Below, piece after piece: positions 7,436 to 16,686 of a stretch of DNA of 23,847 nucleotides (position 1 is the stretch's first letter; every line of letters starts with the position of its first letter). The position numbers and the translations under genes are program-made. Location: contig JAYPIC010000014.1 of NCBI GenBank assembly GCA_038127595.1, positions 1 through 23,847 of the forward strand, given 5' to 3'. This stretch comes from a bacterium (GTDB lineage Bacteria; Fidelibacterota; Marinisomatia; Marinisomatales; UBA1611). The notes beneath the pieces are model-generated. The model did no database searches. It was given only the letters and a program-made list of their open reading frames with translations, and had not been told where the DNA came from.

Positions 7436-8941
7436 ATGTCAAAAGCTTTAAATCAAATTGAACTTGGTACAACATGTATCATCAAAGAAACTGGACAATC
7501 AGGTACTTTGCAGAGGATTTTTCATTATCCAACTAAGTATTTGGTAGAGAATGAAGAAGGTGAATTTCAATATTATTCCACTCACGAAATATCATTTGAG
7601 GGGTATGATAGACCAAAAACAAGCTTAAGTATCCCAGATATACCCTATGAAGGTATTGGAACCAGTTTTGCAAGATGGGTTCCATTTGAATCAGAAAGTC
7701 AAGTGGAACATCATTTTCTTAGTTCAAAAGAAATTGTTTGGGACATGATCACATCATTGGAGCTTTATAATATTTGGTTTGATGGCGTCCAAAGAGCGAT
7801 AGCAGATGTGGACTCTGATAGGTACGTACATAAATTCTCTTTTGATAAATTAGATCTAAAGCCAGGTTCATTTTTCAAAATTAGACCAGCAACCTTAGCA
7901 CCGTGGTTTCGTTGTCGAATTATCACAGTAGAAAAAGAAAAAGAGTTCGGCTTTGATTTTCAGATGATGCCTTTTGTAACTGAATATGTATCATTTAAGC
8001 TTGAAGAATCAAAGAATGGTGTCTTTGTCATTTGTAATCGATATAGCAAAGGACCATTTTCTTTTTTAGCACTTTTAAATTGGAATAAAAGTAAATCAAA
8101 AATCTTACAGAAGCTTGCTGAAATAACCCCAACTATTGAGTTGAAAGAAGATGACATTGCAGGCGGAGATGTAAAAGGGGCAGGAGAGCCTCAATTGAAC
8201 AGAGATCAGACTGTTGCTTTTGTTGTAAACAAATCTTTAGATGGTGATAATGACCCACTAAATGCTTTGCCGGATAAGGTGACTAGAGGTATTGCAAAGG
8301 CTCTTTTGGTGAGGATAAAAAGAGGCTCCGCTGAAAGACCTCCTATGCCAGACCTATCTGCAGCTGCAGTTCCTGCACAAGCTCCTGTCGTGGCTGAACT
8401 AACTCAAGAGCAGACGATTGCTTTAGTGGTTAATAAATCTTTGGACGGTGACAATGATCCATTAAACGCCATCGAGGATAAAGTCACCAGAGGCAAAGCA
8501 AAAGCTCTGCTGGTAAAAATTAAAAGAGGTGCCGCAGAGAGACCTGCAATGCCAGAGATGCCCTCCGCTCCTTCGTCTACCTCTTCTGCTGGCTCAACAG
8601 AACTTACCTCAGAGCAGATTTTTGCTATTGCTGTTAATAAGGCAGTTGAAGGTGACATGGAGGCGGTTAATGCTATAGATGATAAAGTTACGAGAGGAAA
8701 AGCAAAAGCATTATTAGTTAAAATTAAAAGAGGAACTGCTGAAGCGCCGCCTATGCCAGACTTATCAGCACCAAATAATGAACCTGTAATTAGCGAAGAG
8801 TCTGAAACTGAGGAACAGCTTATGGAAAGATTGATTGCCGAAGGTTTGAAAGGTAATATGGAAGAAATTAATAGCCTTGATAACAAAGTACTTCGAGGCA
8901 AGATCAAGGCTGCAATTGTAAAAGCGAAAAGAAACAAATAA
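7436..8941 (+). CDS. Hypothetical 501-aa protein: small N-terminal beta domain, SRPBCC/START-like domain, four C-terminal helical repeats
   Basis: SSKEIVWDMITSLELYNIWF resembles the SRPBCC first helix; repeats visible by eye. Confidence 0.7.
   Translation: MSKALNQIELGTTCIIKETGQSGTLQRIFHYPTKYLVENEEGEFQYYSTHEISFEGYDRPKTSLSIPDIPYEGIGTSFARWVPFESESQVEHHFLSSKEIVWDMITSLELYNIWFDGVQRAIADVDSDRYVHKFSFDKLDLKPGSFFKIRPATLAPWFRCRIITVEKEKEFGFDFQMMPFVTEYVSFKLEESKNGVFVICNRYSKGPFSFLALLNWNKSKSKILQKLAEITPTIELKEDDIAGGDVKGAGEPQLNRDQTVAFVVNKSLDGDNDPLNALPDKVTRGIAKALLVRIKRGSAERPPMPDLSAAAVPAQAPVVAELTQEQTIALVVNKSLDGDNDPLNAIEDKVTRGKAKALLVKIKRGAAERPAMPEMPSAPSSTSSAGSTELTSEQIFAIAVNKAVEGDMEAVNAIDDKVTRGKAKALLVKIKRGTAEAPPMPDLSAPNNEPVISEESETEEQLMERLIAEGLKGNMEEINSLDNKVLRGKIKAAIVKAKRNK
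8195..8938 (+). repeat. Four intragenic repeats with a ~68-aa (~204-nt) period
   Basis: Units start near aa 254, 322, 390 and 457; consensus LTxEQxxAxxVNKxxxGDxxxxNAIxDKVTRGKAKALLVKIKRG. Confidence 0.92.
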
Positions 8942-8942
8942 A

Positions 8943-9050
8943 ATGGAAGAAAGAAAACCAAATCCAATGTCAACTTCACAGCTTTTATCAATGGTTGTTT
9001 GCACAATTCTGTTAATAGTATATGTTACTTTGGTTACTTGGGTGCTTTAA
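8943..9050 (+). CDS. 35-aa single-TM microprotein (not in ORF track)
   Basis: MEERKPNPMSTSQLLSMVVCTILLIVYVTLVTWVL*; starts 1 nt after the previous stop. Confidence 0.6.
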   Translation: MEERKPNPMSTSQLLSMVVCTILLIVYVTLVTWVL

Positions 9051-9053
9051 TAA

Positions 9054-9200
9054 TTGAATTTTGATTGGCTAACAATGTCATGGATACAGCAAAATTTAGA
9101 ATGGGCTGTAGGTTTGTTACTTGTGGGTATTATTGTTTTATTCTTTTTTCCACTTTTGTTAGGCTACCAGCTAAAAGAAGAAGAAGACTCCAATGATTAG
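9054..9200 (+). CDS. 48-aa single-TM microprotein (TTG start; alternative ATG 9075)
   Basis: MNFDWLTMSWIQQNLEWAVGLLLVGIIVLFFFPLLLGYQLKEEEDSND*; tightly packed between neighbours. Confidence 0.6.
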   Translation: MNFDWLTMSWIQQNLEWAVGLLLVGIIVLFFFPLLLGYQLKEEEDSND

Positions 9201-9363
9201 TGAAAATGGATCGTTGCCAATTATATCAATTCTAGTTTTGGCATTTTGAATTCTATTGATAACCGAGGTTTTTAAACTAAAAAAAGTTCAAAGAAGACTA
9301 GTGAAAAAGATAGACATTATAAAAAAAGAATTAGACGCTCTTAAAGGGGAAAAAAGAAGATAG
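9193..9363 (+). pseudogene. CcmD-like small TM + coiled-coil protein with an in-frame TGA at 9247-9249
   Basis: MISENGSLPIISILVLAF*ILLITEVFKLKKVQRRLVKKIDIIKKELDALKGEKRR*; the stop falls mid-TM where Trp would fit. Confidence 0.55.
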
Positions 9364-9406
9364 CTTTTTGAGTTTTTTGAGGTTTTTTTGCTAATATTAA
9401 TTATCT

Positions 9407-10300
9407 ATGGAAAATAATAACTTAACTGACGAACAGAAAAAAAGTGAAAATAGTAGGATATATGTCCTTTTTTACTCTTTTTTTTTAATACCATTTATGA
9501 TTGCCGTATTTGGCGCAGTCTTTTTTCTTCTTTTTAAATTTGTTACATATGAGACAAATGATGTTGAAGAGCTTTTAAATCAAGTAAAAATTGGCTCTGC
9601 ATCTAAAAGATGGCAATCAGCCTTTGAACTTGCCAAGGTTCTCAATAATCCTGACTCAGACCCTCTGTCATCCTCTTTTAAAGATCAACTTTCTTCAGCA
9701 TACGAAAGGTCTATCCATGATGACCCTCTTGTTAGATCTTATTTAGCAATGGCTATGGGCGCCACTCAAGATACTGCATTTGGCAGTTCATTAATTAATG
9801 GCTTAGAAGATAAAAGTCTTGAAACAAGAATTGCCGCAATCCAGGCACTTGGTATGATAAAATATGCTGCGGCTGTTAATCCCATTAGTCAATTAATCGA
9901 AACTGCAGATAATGAATCTGAAAGATTATCTGCAACGATTTCTTTGGGAATGATAGGAGATGATTCTGCTGTTCCTCATTTAGTTATGTTATTAGAAGAT
10001 GAGGAGGCAAATATCAGATGGGATGCTGCTATTGCATTGGCAAAAATGGGGAATGATAGTGGGGCATATATAATTGAAGGCCTATTGGACAGAGACTATT
10101 TAAATAAGTTTAGTGAGATTGACCCCGTCGAGCAAAACAAAGTATTAATGGTTGCAATAAAAACAGCATCTATTTTGTTTGATAAAAGGTTCGAAGATAA
10201 CCTAATTTCTTTATCTAAAAATGATAAAGATCTAAGCATTAGAGATGCAGCGATCAAAGCTTTAGAGAAAAATTATAGTAACGGAACCAATAAATTATGA
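9407..10300 (+). CDS. Membrane-anchored HEAT/PBS-lyase repeat protein
   Basis: N-terminal TM, then repeated units such as RIAAIQALG, RLSATISLG, IRWDAAIALAKMG. Confidence 0.88.
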   Translation: MENNNLTDEQKKSENSRIYVLFYSFFLIPFMIAVFGAVFFLLFKFVTYETNDVEELLNQVKIGSASKRWQSAFELAKVLNNPDSDPLSSSFKDQLSSAYERSIHDDPLVRSYLAMAMGATQDTAFGSSLINGLEDKSLETRIAAIQALGMIKYAAAVNPISQLIETADNESERLSATISLGMIGDDSAVPHLVMLLEDEEANIRWDAAIALAKMGNDSGAYIIEGLLDRDYLNKFSEIDPVEQNKVLMVAIKTASILFDKRFEDNLISLSKNDKDLSIRDAAIKALEKNYSNGTNKL

Positions 10301-10851
10301 GTGATCAAAAAGAAATAGTTGCACCAAGAGCAGCTGTTGGGTCGGTGAGTAAAAGCCGGAAAACATCGATGGAAAGACGTAGCTTTTTTAGCTGGCTTGC
10401 TGTCGGTTGGCTTGGTTTTGCCGCAGCAACCGGAGGATTTTTTACAGTTATCATTAGGTATCTTTTTCCAAATGTGCTTTTTGAGCCGCCTCAATCTTTT
10501 AAAATAGGTTTTCCTGAAGATTTTGCTCCAAACTCTGTTGACATTAGATACAAAAAAGAATTCAATGCATGGATTGTTAGGGATGATGAATCTATATTCG
10601 CTTTATCTACTGTATGTACTCATCTAGGGTGTACCCCAAACTGGTTACCTACAGATAATAAATTTAAATGCCCTTGCCATGGTAGTGGTTTTAGAATGAC
10701 TGGTATTCATTTTGAAGGTCCTGCCCCTAGGCCTCTTGAGCGTTTTAAAATTGGTTTAGCTAATGATGGCCAAGTATTGGTAGATAAAACAAAAAGCTAT
10801 AAATGGGAAAAAGGTGAGTGGGAAAATAAAGATTCCTTTCTCAAAGTTTAG
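10297..10851 (+). CDS. qcrA: Rieske 2Fe-2S subunit of a cytochrome bc complex
   Basis: Tat-like ERRSFF + TM; CTHLGC and CPCHGS boxes; GPAPRPL. Confidence 0.96.
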   Translation: MSDQKEIVAPRAAVGSVSKSRKTSMERRSFFSWLAVGWLGFAAATGGFFTVIIRYLFPNVLFEPPQSFKIGFPEDFAPNSVDIRYKKEFNAWIVRDDESIFALSTVCTHLGCTPNWLPTDNKFKCPCHGSGFRMTGIHFEGPAPRPLERFKIGLANDGQVLVDKTKSYKWEKGEWENKDSFLKV

Positions 10852-10853
10852 AA

Positions 10854-11645
10854 ATGAGTGAGAAAAATAATAAATCTATTTTAGAAAAAATGGGCGAGTC
10901 CCAAGTTTGGAAATCTATCATACGTTCTGGTGTTCCTCGTACAAGAAGGCAACGTATGCATGCAATTTTAGGAAGCGTTTTTCTACACCTTCACCCTGCG
11001 CGTCTTCCCAAACATGCTGTTAAGGTAGGTTACACATGGTGTATGGGAGGGTTGTCATTTTTCTTATTTGTGAACCTCACTATTACAGGTATACTGCTCA
11101 TGTTTTATTATAGGCCAACCGTAGAATATGCATTTACCGATATAATTGACCTATCAGAGCAAGTTCCCTTAGGCATCATGCGCGAGCTGCACCGTTGGGC
11201 AGCGCATTCAATGGTTTTAATTGTATGGCTTCACATGGTTAGAGTTTTCATGACCGGTTCATATAAGCCCCCAAGAGAATTTAACTGGGGTATAGGCGTC
11301 ATTTTGATGACTTTAACTATGTTATTATCATTTACAGGATATCTATTACCTTGGGATCAATTAGCTATATGGGCTGTAACTGTGGGGTCAAATATGGCCA
11401 GAGCCACACCGTTCCTTGGTAATGAAGGTCCGGGTGCAGCGTTGCTAGCTATAGGTGACATCAATCTAGTACATGTTGGTTCCGATGTCAGGTTCGCTCT
11501 ATTGGGCGGTAGGTTTGTAGGCGAGGCAACACTGCTTAGATTTTATGTTCTGCACTGTATTGCGATACCGTTTGTTGCTATGATTTTTATGGCTGTTCAT
11601 TTTTGGAGAATCAGAAAAGATGGAGGTATTTCAGGTCCTCTGTAG
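10854..11645 (+). CDS. qcrB: Cytochrome b6-like N-terminal subunit
   Basis: TWCMGG, RELHRWAAH, WLHMVRVF, PREFNW, TGYLLPWDQ, RFYVLH...HFWRIRKDGGISGPL. Confidence 0.95.
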   Translation: MSEKNNKSILEKMGESQVWKSIIRSGVPRTRRQRMHAILGSVFLHLHPARLPKHAVKVGYTWCMGGLSFFLFVNLTITGILLMFYYRPTVEYAFTDIIDLSEQVPLGIMRELHRWAAHSMVLIVWLHMVRVFMTGSYKPPREFNWGIGVILMTLTMLLSFTGYLLPWDQLAIWAVTVGSNMARATPFLGNEGPGAALLAIGDINLVHVGSDVRFALLGGRFVGEATLLRFYVLHCIAIPFVAMIFMAVHFWRIRKDGGISGPL

Positions 11646-11666
11646 AGAGTTTCTGTTTTTCACGTT

Positions 11667-12788
11667 ATGAATTTAGTAGCTATAAAATCTGCGATTGATG
11701 CGCTTTCAGCTCCAACAATCAGTTTTACAATTTTAACTGTTATTTTCCCATTTATTTTTCCTCCATCAGACTGGTTTGAAAAAATTCATAGGAAAACTGG
11801 TTTATGGAGAATGTGGACCAAGCCTGGAGGTGTAATTGGCATGATCCTAATTACAGCTTTTTTTGTGATCGGTTATTTTGATCCATACTTCAATAAAACG
11901 TTAACCAAGGCTGACAATTTTCCTATAGTCTTAATGATATATTCTATGTGGTTTTACATTTGGCTTGGTATGTTTAAAGCTTACCGAAATGATATTAGAA
12001 TCGAGCAAGGGTTAAAGCCTGAAGAATATAATGATCCAGATGACAAAGTATTAGTATGGCCAGATCTTGTTTACATTGAGTTCATATGTTTGATATTATT
12101 TCAAGTGTTCTTAATAGTTTGGTCTATTTTAGTTGCAGCACCTATTGAAGAACCAGCAAATCCTGCAGCAACCCCTAACCCCTCAAAAGCTCCTTGGTAC
12201 TTTTTAGGATTGCAAGAAATGTTAGTTTATTATGATCCATGGATTGCAGGAGTATTACTTCCTACTTTTATTATTGTTGGATTAATGGCGATCCCATATA
12301 TGGATATTAATAAAAAAGGTGATGGATATTACTCATTTAAAGAGCGAAGAGTAGGTATGTTCATTTTCATGTATGGATGGGTTGTTCTTTGGTTATTTTT
12401 GATAATTATTGGAACATTTTTTAGAGGCCCGAATTGGAACTTCTTTGGTCCTTTTGAATACTGGGACACGCACAAAGTAGAAGCGCTTACCAATGTGAAT
12501 TTGTCTGAAATTTTATGGGTAAAGTGGTTGAACCAGGGTTTGCCATCTAACATTCTAATTAGAGAAGGGTTAGGTTTTGTAATCACAGGAGCATACCTTT
12601 TTGTTCTTCCTGTGATTTTAGCGAAGACGTATTTAAAAGATATGTATACCGCTTACGGTCCTACTAGATTTGTGAGTTTAATGATCTTTGGTCTTGTTAT
12701 GTTGGCATTGCCTATAAAGATGTACCTGCGGTGGATCTTTAATCTTCAGTACATAATCGCTATTCCTGAATGGTTTTTTAATATTTAG
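11667..12788 (+). CDS. Cytochrome b subunit IV-like protein with extra TM helices
   Basis: VWPDLV, PANPAATPNPSKAPWYFLGLQE (PEWY-equivalent), PYMD. Confidence 0.88.
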   Translation: MNLVAIKSAIDALSAPTISFTILTVIFPFIFPPSDWFEKIHRKTGLWRMWTKPGGVIGMILITAFFVIGYFDPYFNKTLTKADNFPIVLMIYSMWFYIWLGMFKAYRNDIRIEQGLKPEEYNDPDDKVLVWPDLVYIEFICLILFQVFLIVWSILVAAPIEEPANPAATPNPSKAPWYFLGLQEMLVYYDPWIAGVLLPTFIIVGLMAIPYMDINKKGDGYYSFKERRVGMFIFMYGWVVLWLFLIIIGTFFRGPNWNFFGPFEYWDTHKVEALTNVNLSEILWVKWLNQGLPSNILIREGLGFVITGAYLFVLPVILAKTYLKDMYTAYGPTRFVSLMIFGLVMLALPIKMYLRWIFNLQYIIAIPEWFFNI

Positions 12789-12803
12789 TATTGAGTAAAA
12801 TTT

Positions 12804-15785
12804 ATGTTTAAAAACGACGAACGATATTGGGATATTAACTTATTAAACAAGTGGTTTGCTATTTCCTCTGTAGTATTCCTTGTAGTAATGGTATGGGTGT
12901 TCATAGATGATAATGATGATGAGTTTAAAGAATATCAAAAAGAATTTCGAAAGCTTCAGATTGAAATAACCAAAGAAAAGCTAAATGAGGAGCAGTCACT
13001 TGTTGATGGAAAATCAGAAGAGTATGAACTTGAACTTGCCAGAGCTGTAAAATTATTTGATGATAAGTCAGAAGAAGTTGAAAAAATTAATGGTGAGTTA
13101 GGTGAGTTAAGAGCTGGTTTCTACAAAACAAATTTAAAGTTTAAAGGGGAGAAAGCTGAGCTTGATGTACTAAAGTTTAAACTTGAAAGTGCAAATTTAA
13201 AAGGTGGAAATGAGTCTGATGCGGTAAGAAAAGAATACAAAGAGAAATCTTCTGCTTTTAATGAACTTAAATTAATTAAAGAGCAGTTCGAGATCGACAT
13301 TGCTAGCCGTGAAAAGAAGATCAAAAGTTTAAAAGCCGATATTAAGGCTGTAAAAGATGAAAGAGATAAAATACTCAAAAAAGTTGACTTAGCTCAAAAT
13401 AGGCTAGCATCACTAGATAGATCCAAAATGTCATTTATGAACAAGCTTGGAGATATTGTCAGAGATCTACCTATTTTAGATTTTATGGATCCTTATTACA
13501 AAGTTAAGCAGACCGTTGTTAAGGATGTATTATATGATGTTAATTTCACTGCTATGCCCGCTGTTGATCGTTGTACTAGTTGTCATCTTGGTATTGCTAA
13601 TCCTGATTTTAAAGATGCAGAGCAGCCTTACACGACGCACCCAGATTTAGATTTATATTTAACGAGTAAATCTCCGCACCCTGAAGAGTCATTTGGTTGT
13701 ACGTCCTGTCATTCAGGTAGAAGTAGGGGTACGTCTTTCTTATCGTCTGCTCATACGCCTAATACACCTGAGCAGAAAAAAGAATGGAAAGAGAAATATG
13801 ATTGGAAGCCAGTAAAGCATTGGCTCCAACCAATGTTACCGACTAGATATACCCAAGCAAGCTGTTTCAAGTGTCATCAAAATACAAGTGACCTTGCTGG
13901 AGCTGAAAAAATAAATCTCGGTTTAACCTTAATTGATCGCTCTGGTTGTAATGGCTGTCACGTATCAGCAAACTGGGAGTCCAAAGGCAAATCTGGCCCA
14001 GATCTTAGAAAGTTAAATGAAAAATCGCACCCAGAATGGGTTGCAAAGTGGATCAAAAATCCTCGAGCTTTTAGATACAACACTCGTATGCCTCATGTTT
14101 TTGAACAAGCGAATCAAGAAAAACCAAATATTGCTAAAAGAAATGTAACAGAAATTGCATCGATTACGCATTATCTCTTTGAAGGTAAGGAAGTCAAAAA
14201 ATCTAAAAATCCTTCCAAGTATTTAGGAGATCCGTCTAATGGAGAGAAATTATTTTCCGCTGTGGGCTGTATGGGTTGTCACGTCAAAGAGCAGGATCCA
14301 TCTTTAGCTCCACAAACAACAACCTTTAAAGAGCTAACCAAATTGCAAGGTCCAAATCTTATAGGTATGGGATCAAAGGTTACTCCAGAATGGCTTTTTA
14401 ATTGGTTGAAAAAACCTCATGAATATATGCCTTCGACTAGGATGCCAGATCTTCGATTAAGTGATAGTGATGCAAAAGATATCACTGCTTACCTTTATGA
14501 TAATAAAAATTATGATTTTGATCAATTAGATGCTCCAGAAGCAGACAATGATGTCCTTGATGAGCTCACACTTGACTGGCTCATGAAAATGAATCCAGAA
14601 AAGTATGCAATAGAGAAAGCATCTAAAATGTCCAAAGATGAGAAGATGTCTTTTGTTGGGGAAAAAAGTATTAGACATTACGGATGCTATGGATGTCATA
14701 ATATTGATGGGTTTATGGATGCTAAACCAATTGGTGTAGAAATCACCCAGGAAGGGTCTAAGCCTGTTGATAAGTTTGATTTTGGTTTGTATCATGATAT
14801 TCCTCACACTATACATGATTGGATTGAAAATAAATTACGCACACCTAGGATTTACGACAGAGGTAAAGAAAGTGAGCCACTAGACTTACTCAGAATGCCT
14901 AATTTTCATTTTACAGAAGAAGAAATAGAAGCAGTAACTATGGCTGTTTTATCCTTCAACACTGATAAAGTGGGAGAGCCACTACTTGCTCATAATAAAG
15001 TTCCAGATTATAATAAAGAGGGTCATAGGCTAGTCAAAAAATATAATTGTCAAGGTTGTCATTTGATTGAAAACAGAGGTGGTCAGCTAGTAGAGCAAAT
15101 CGGAGCTCCTGAATATGGTCCTCCTAATCTTCATTCACAAGGAAGAAAAACAAACCCGAACTGGTTGATTAAGTTTTTTAATAATCCAATGACTGTTAGG
15201 CCAAATCTTCAGGTTAGAATGCCTAGTTTCCATCAAATAAGTGATAAAGAGTGGGATACTATTATTAAGTACTTCCAGAGCATAGACGATGAAAATACTG
15301 GTTATAGAGCTCCTCACCAATTTGCTTCAAGCAGCAGTAAATTTAAAGCTGGTGAAAAAGTGCATGAGTTAGGTGCTTGTAATAATTGTCATTTTTATGG
15401 TACTGAGTTTCCTACGCAGGTTGCATCTACTTGGGCTCCAAATTTAGCTTTGACCAAAGAAAGATTAAACCCAGAATGGGTTGTAGATTGGCTTAGAGAG
15501 CCGCAAACTATTATGCCGGGTACAAAAATGCCTGCTCCTTATTTGCCTACGCCTGACGTTTTAGAGACTGATGATGCGGTAGAAACGTGGGGTAGAGATC
15601 TTGTAAAGCTTAAAGGTAATCAAGAGGCAATGCTAGAAGGTTTACGAGACTACATGTGGAATATTAAAGGTAAAGTAGATATCAGCGCTGAGATCAAAGA
15701 GTATTTCGACGAAAATGGATATGATTTTTCTGATGGATCTGAAGATTATGATGATGAAGACGATTGGGATGATGAAGACTGGTAA
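12804..15785 (+). CDS. Membrane-anchored octaheme cytochrome c with coiled-coil stalk (bc complex c subunit)
   Basis: Eight CxxCH motifs (CTSCH, CTSCH, CFKCH, CNGCH, CMGCH, CYGCH, CQGCH, CNNCH); N-terminal TM; repeated GPxL...W...P...RMP class-I c domains. Confidence 0.92.
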   Translation: MFKNDERYWDINLLNKWFAISSVVFLVVMVWVFIDDNDDEFKEYQKEFRKLQIEITKEKLNEEQSLVDGKSEEYELELARAVKLFDDKSEEVEKINGELGELRAGFYKTNLKFKGEKAELDVLKFKLESANLKGGNESDAVRKEYKEKSSAFNELKLIKEQFEIDIASREKKIKSLKADIKAVKDERDKILKKVDLAQNRLASLDRSKMSFMNKLGDIVRDLPILDFMDPYYKVKQTVVKDVLYDVNFTAMPAVDRCTSCHLGIANPDFKDAEQPYTTHPDLDLYLTSKSPHPEESFGCTSCHSGRSRGTSFLSSAHTPNTPEQKKEWKEKYDWKPVKHWLQPMLPTRYTQASCFKCHQNTSDLAGAEKINLGLTLIDRSGCNGCHVSANWESKGKSGPDLRKLNEKSHPEWVAKWIKNPRAFRYNTRMPHVFEQANQEKPNIAKRNVTEIASITHYLFEGKEVKKSKNPSKYLGDPSNGEKLFSAVGCMGCHVKEQDPSLAPQTTTFKELTKLQGPNLIGMGSKVTPEWLFNWLKKPHEYMPSTRMPDLRLSDSDAKDITAYLYDNKNYDFDQLDAPEADNDVLDELTLDWLMKMNPEKYAIEKASKMSKDEKMSFVGEKSIRHYGCYGCHNIDGFMDAKPIGVEITQEGSKPVDKFDFGLYHDIPHTIHDWIENKLRTPRIYDRGKESEPLDLLRMPNFHFTEEEIEAVTMAVLSFNTDKVGEPLLAHNKVPDYNKEGHRLVKKYNCQGCHLIENRGGQLVEQIGAPEYGPPNLHSQGRKTNPNWLIKFFNNPMTVRPNLQVRMPSFHQISDKEWDTIIKYFQSIDDENTGYRAPHQFASSSSKFKAGEKVHELGACNNCHFYGTEFPTQVASTWAPNLALTKERLNPEWVVDWLREPQTIMPGTKMPAPYLPTPDVLETDDAVETWGRDLVKLKGNQEAMLEGLRDYMWNIKGKVDISAEIKEYFDENGYDFSDGSEDYDDEDDWDDEDW

Positions 15786-15788
15786 AGG

Positions 15789-16634
15789 TTATTGAGCAAA
15801 CTTAACATAGTTCTCAATTTCCTTACTCACTGATCCTGCTAGCCAATCATCCCCTTCCCATATTTTTAATAGAGTTTTATCGGGTCCTATTAAGGCAGAC
15901 CTTAGATTGTGTCCAATGTTATTCTTTTCTATTCCCCAATACTCGCACCCAATCTCTGAAGATAAAGTATATAGGTCACTTACTTTTCCTACGCTTGAAA
16001 GGACGTCCCAGTTCGGAAAATCTTCTATCGAGCTTCCGTAAAATGATTTTAAAATCTCAGGTGTATCATATAAATAATCAAAGCTGACCATTACTAGTTT
16101 TATATTATCATAATCTTTAAAATTTCGTGCAATGACTCCGTTTTTTATTACTACAGCTGGACACATGTTTGGAACGGGGCACCTAGTAAAAATAAAAGAT
16201 ATAAAAACATAATTTCCAGAATAGTTATCTAGACTAGTTTCTTTGGCATTAATATCTAAAAGAGTTACGTTGCTAAGCTTTTCACCTATTTCTTTCTTCG
16301 AATATTCATCGTCTTCCCAAAAATTATCACCATCATTATTTCCAATATGTTTTCCTATGATGTTAAAATCCGTTGCATAGCTAGAAGTTTTAGTAATTAT
16401 GAATTTGAATTTTACACTATCATTTTTATTTAAACTTTTTACTACGTTCCTATTTTCTATGTTGAAATGCATAACCATAGGCATCATAAAATTTGGAATT
16501 GAATCGTGGTCGATTAATATTTTCTTATTATCTAAATTAATGTCTAATACTACGCCAGTAACATCATAAATTTTCTTAGAATCTGAACAAGATGATCCAA
16601 TAAAGATAACTAGTATTATTATAAGCTTTTTCAT
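15789..16634 (-). CDS. Lipoprotein: CusF-like copper-binding domain fused to a SCO domain
   Basis: Lipobox GSSC; HDSIPNFMMPMVMHF; FIFTRCPVPNMCP; VSFD..YDTP; GHNLR. Confidence 0.88.
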   Translation of the reverse strand: MKKLIIILVIFIGSSCSDSKKIYDVTGVVLDINLDNKKILIDHDSIPNFMMPMVMHFNIENRNVVKSLNKNDSVKFKFIITKTSSYATDFNIIGKHIGNNDGDNFWEDDEYSKKEIGEKLSNVTLLDINAKETSLDNYSGNYVFISFIFTRCPVPNMCPAVVIKNGVIARNFKDYDNIKLVMVSFDYLYDTPEILKSFYGSSIEDFPNWDVLSSVGKVSDLYTLSSEIGCEYWGIEKNNIGHNLRSALIGPDKTLLKIWEGDDWLAGSVSKEIENYVKFAQ

Positions 16635-16665
16635 AAAAAAAAAGGCGAACAGAGTGCTCGCCTTT
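16635..16665 (-). terminator. Intrinsic terminator between the cupredoxin-like gene and the CusF-SCO gene
   Basis: Minus strand AAAGGCGAGC-ACTCT-GTTCGCC then T9 directly before the next ATG. Confidence 0.7.
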
Positions 16666-16686
16666 CCTTAATTTATTTTTTCAGAT

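Noticed and set aside
9247..9249. Genome-wide TGA recoding (code 4/25) or selenocysteine
   Set aside because: TGA terminates several genes with coupled downstream starts, the conserved genes translate fully under code 11, and the context is a TM helix rather than a redox motif.
10297..15785. Alternative complex III (Act)
   Set aside because: No ActB molybdopterin-like/FeS or NrfD-type ActC subunits; Rieske and cytochrome b define a bc-type complex.
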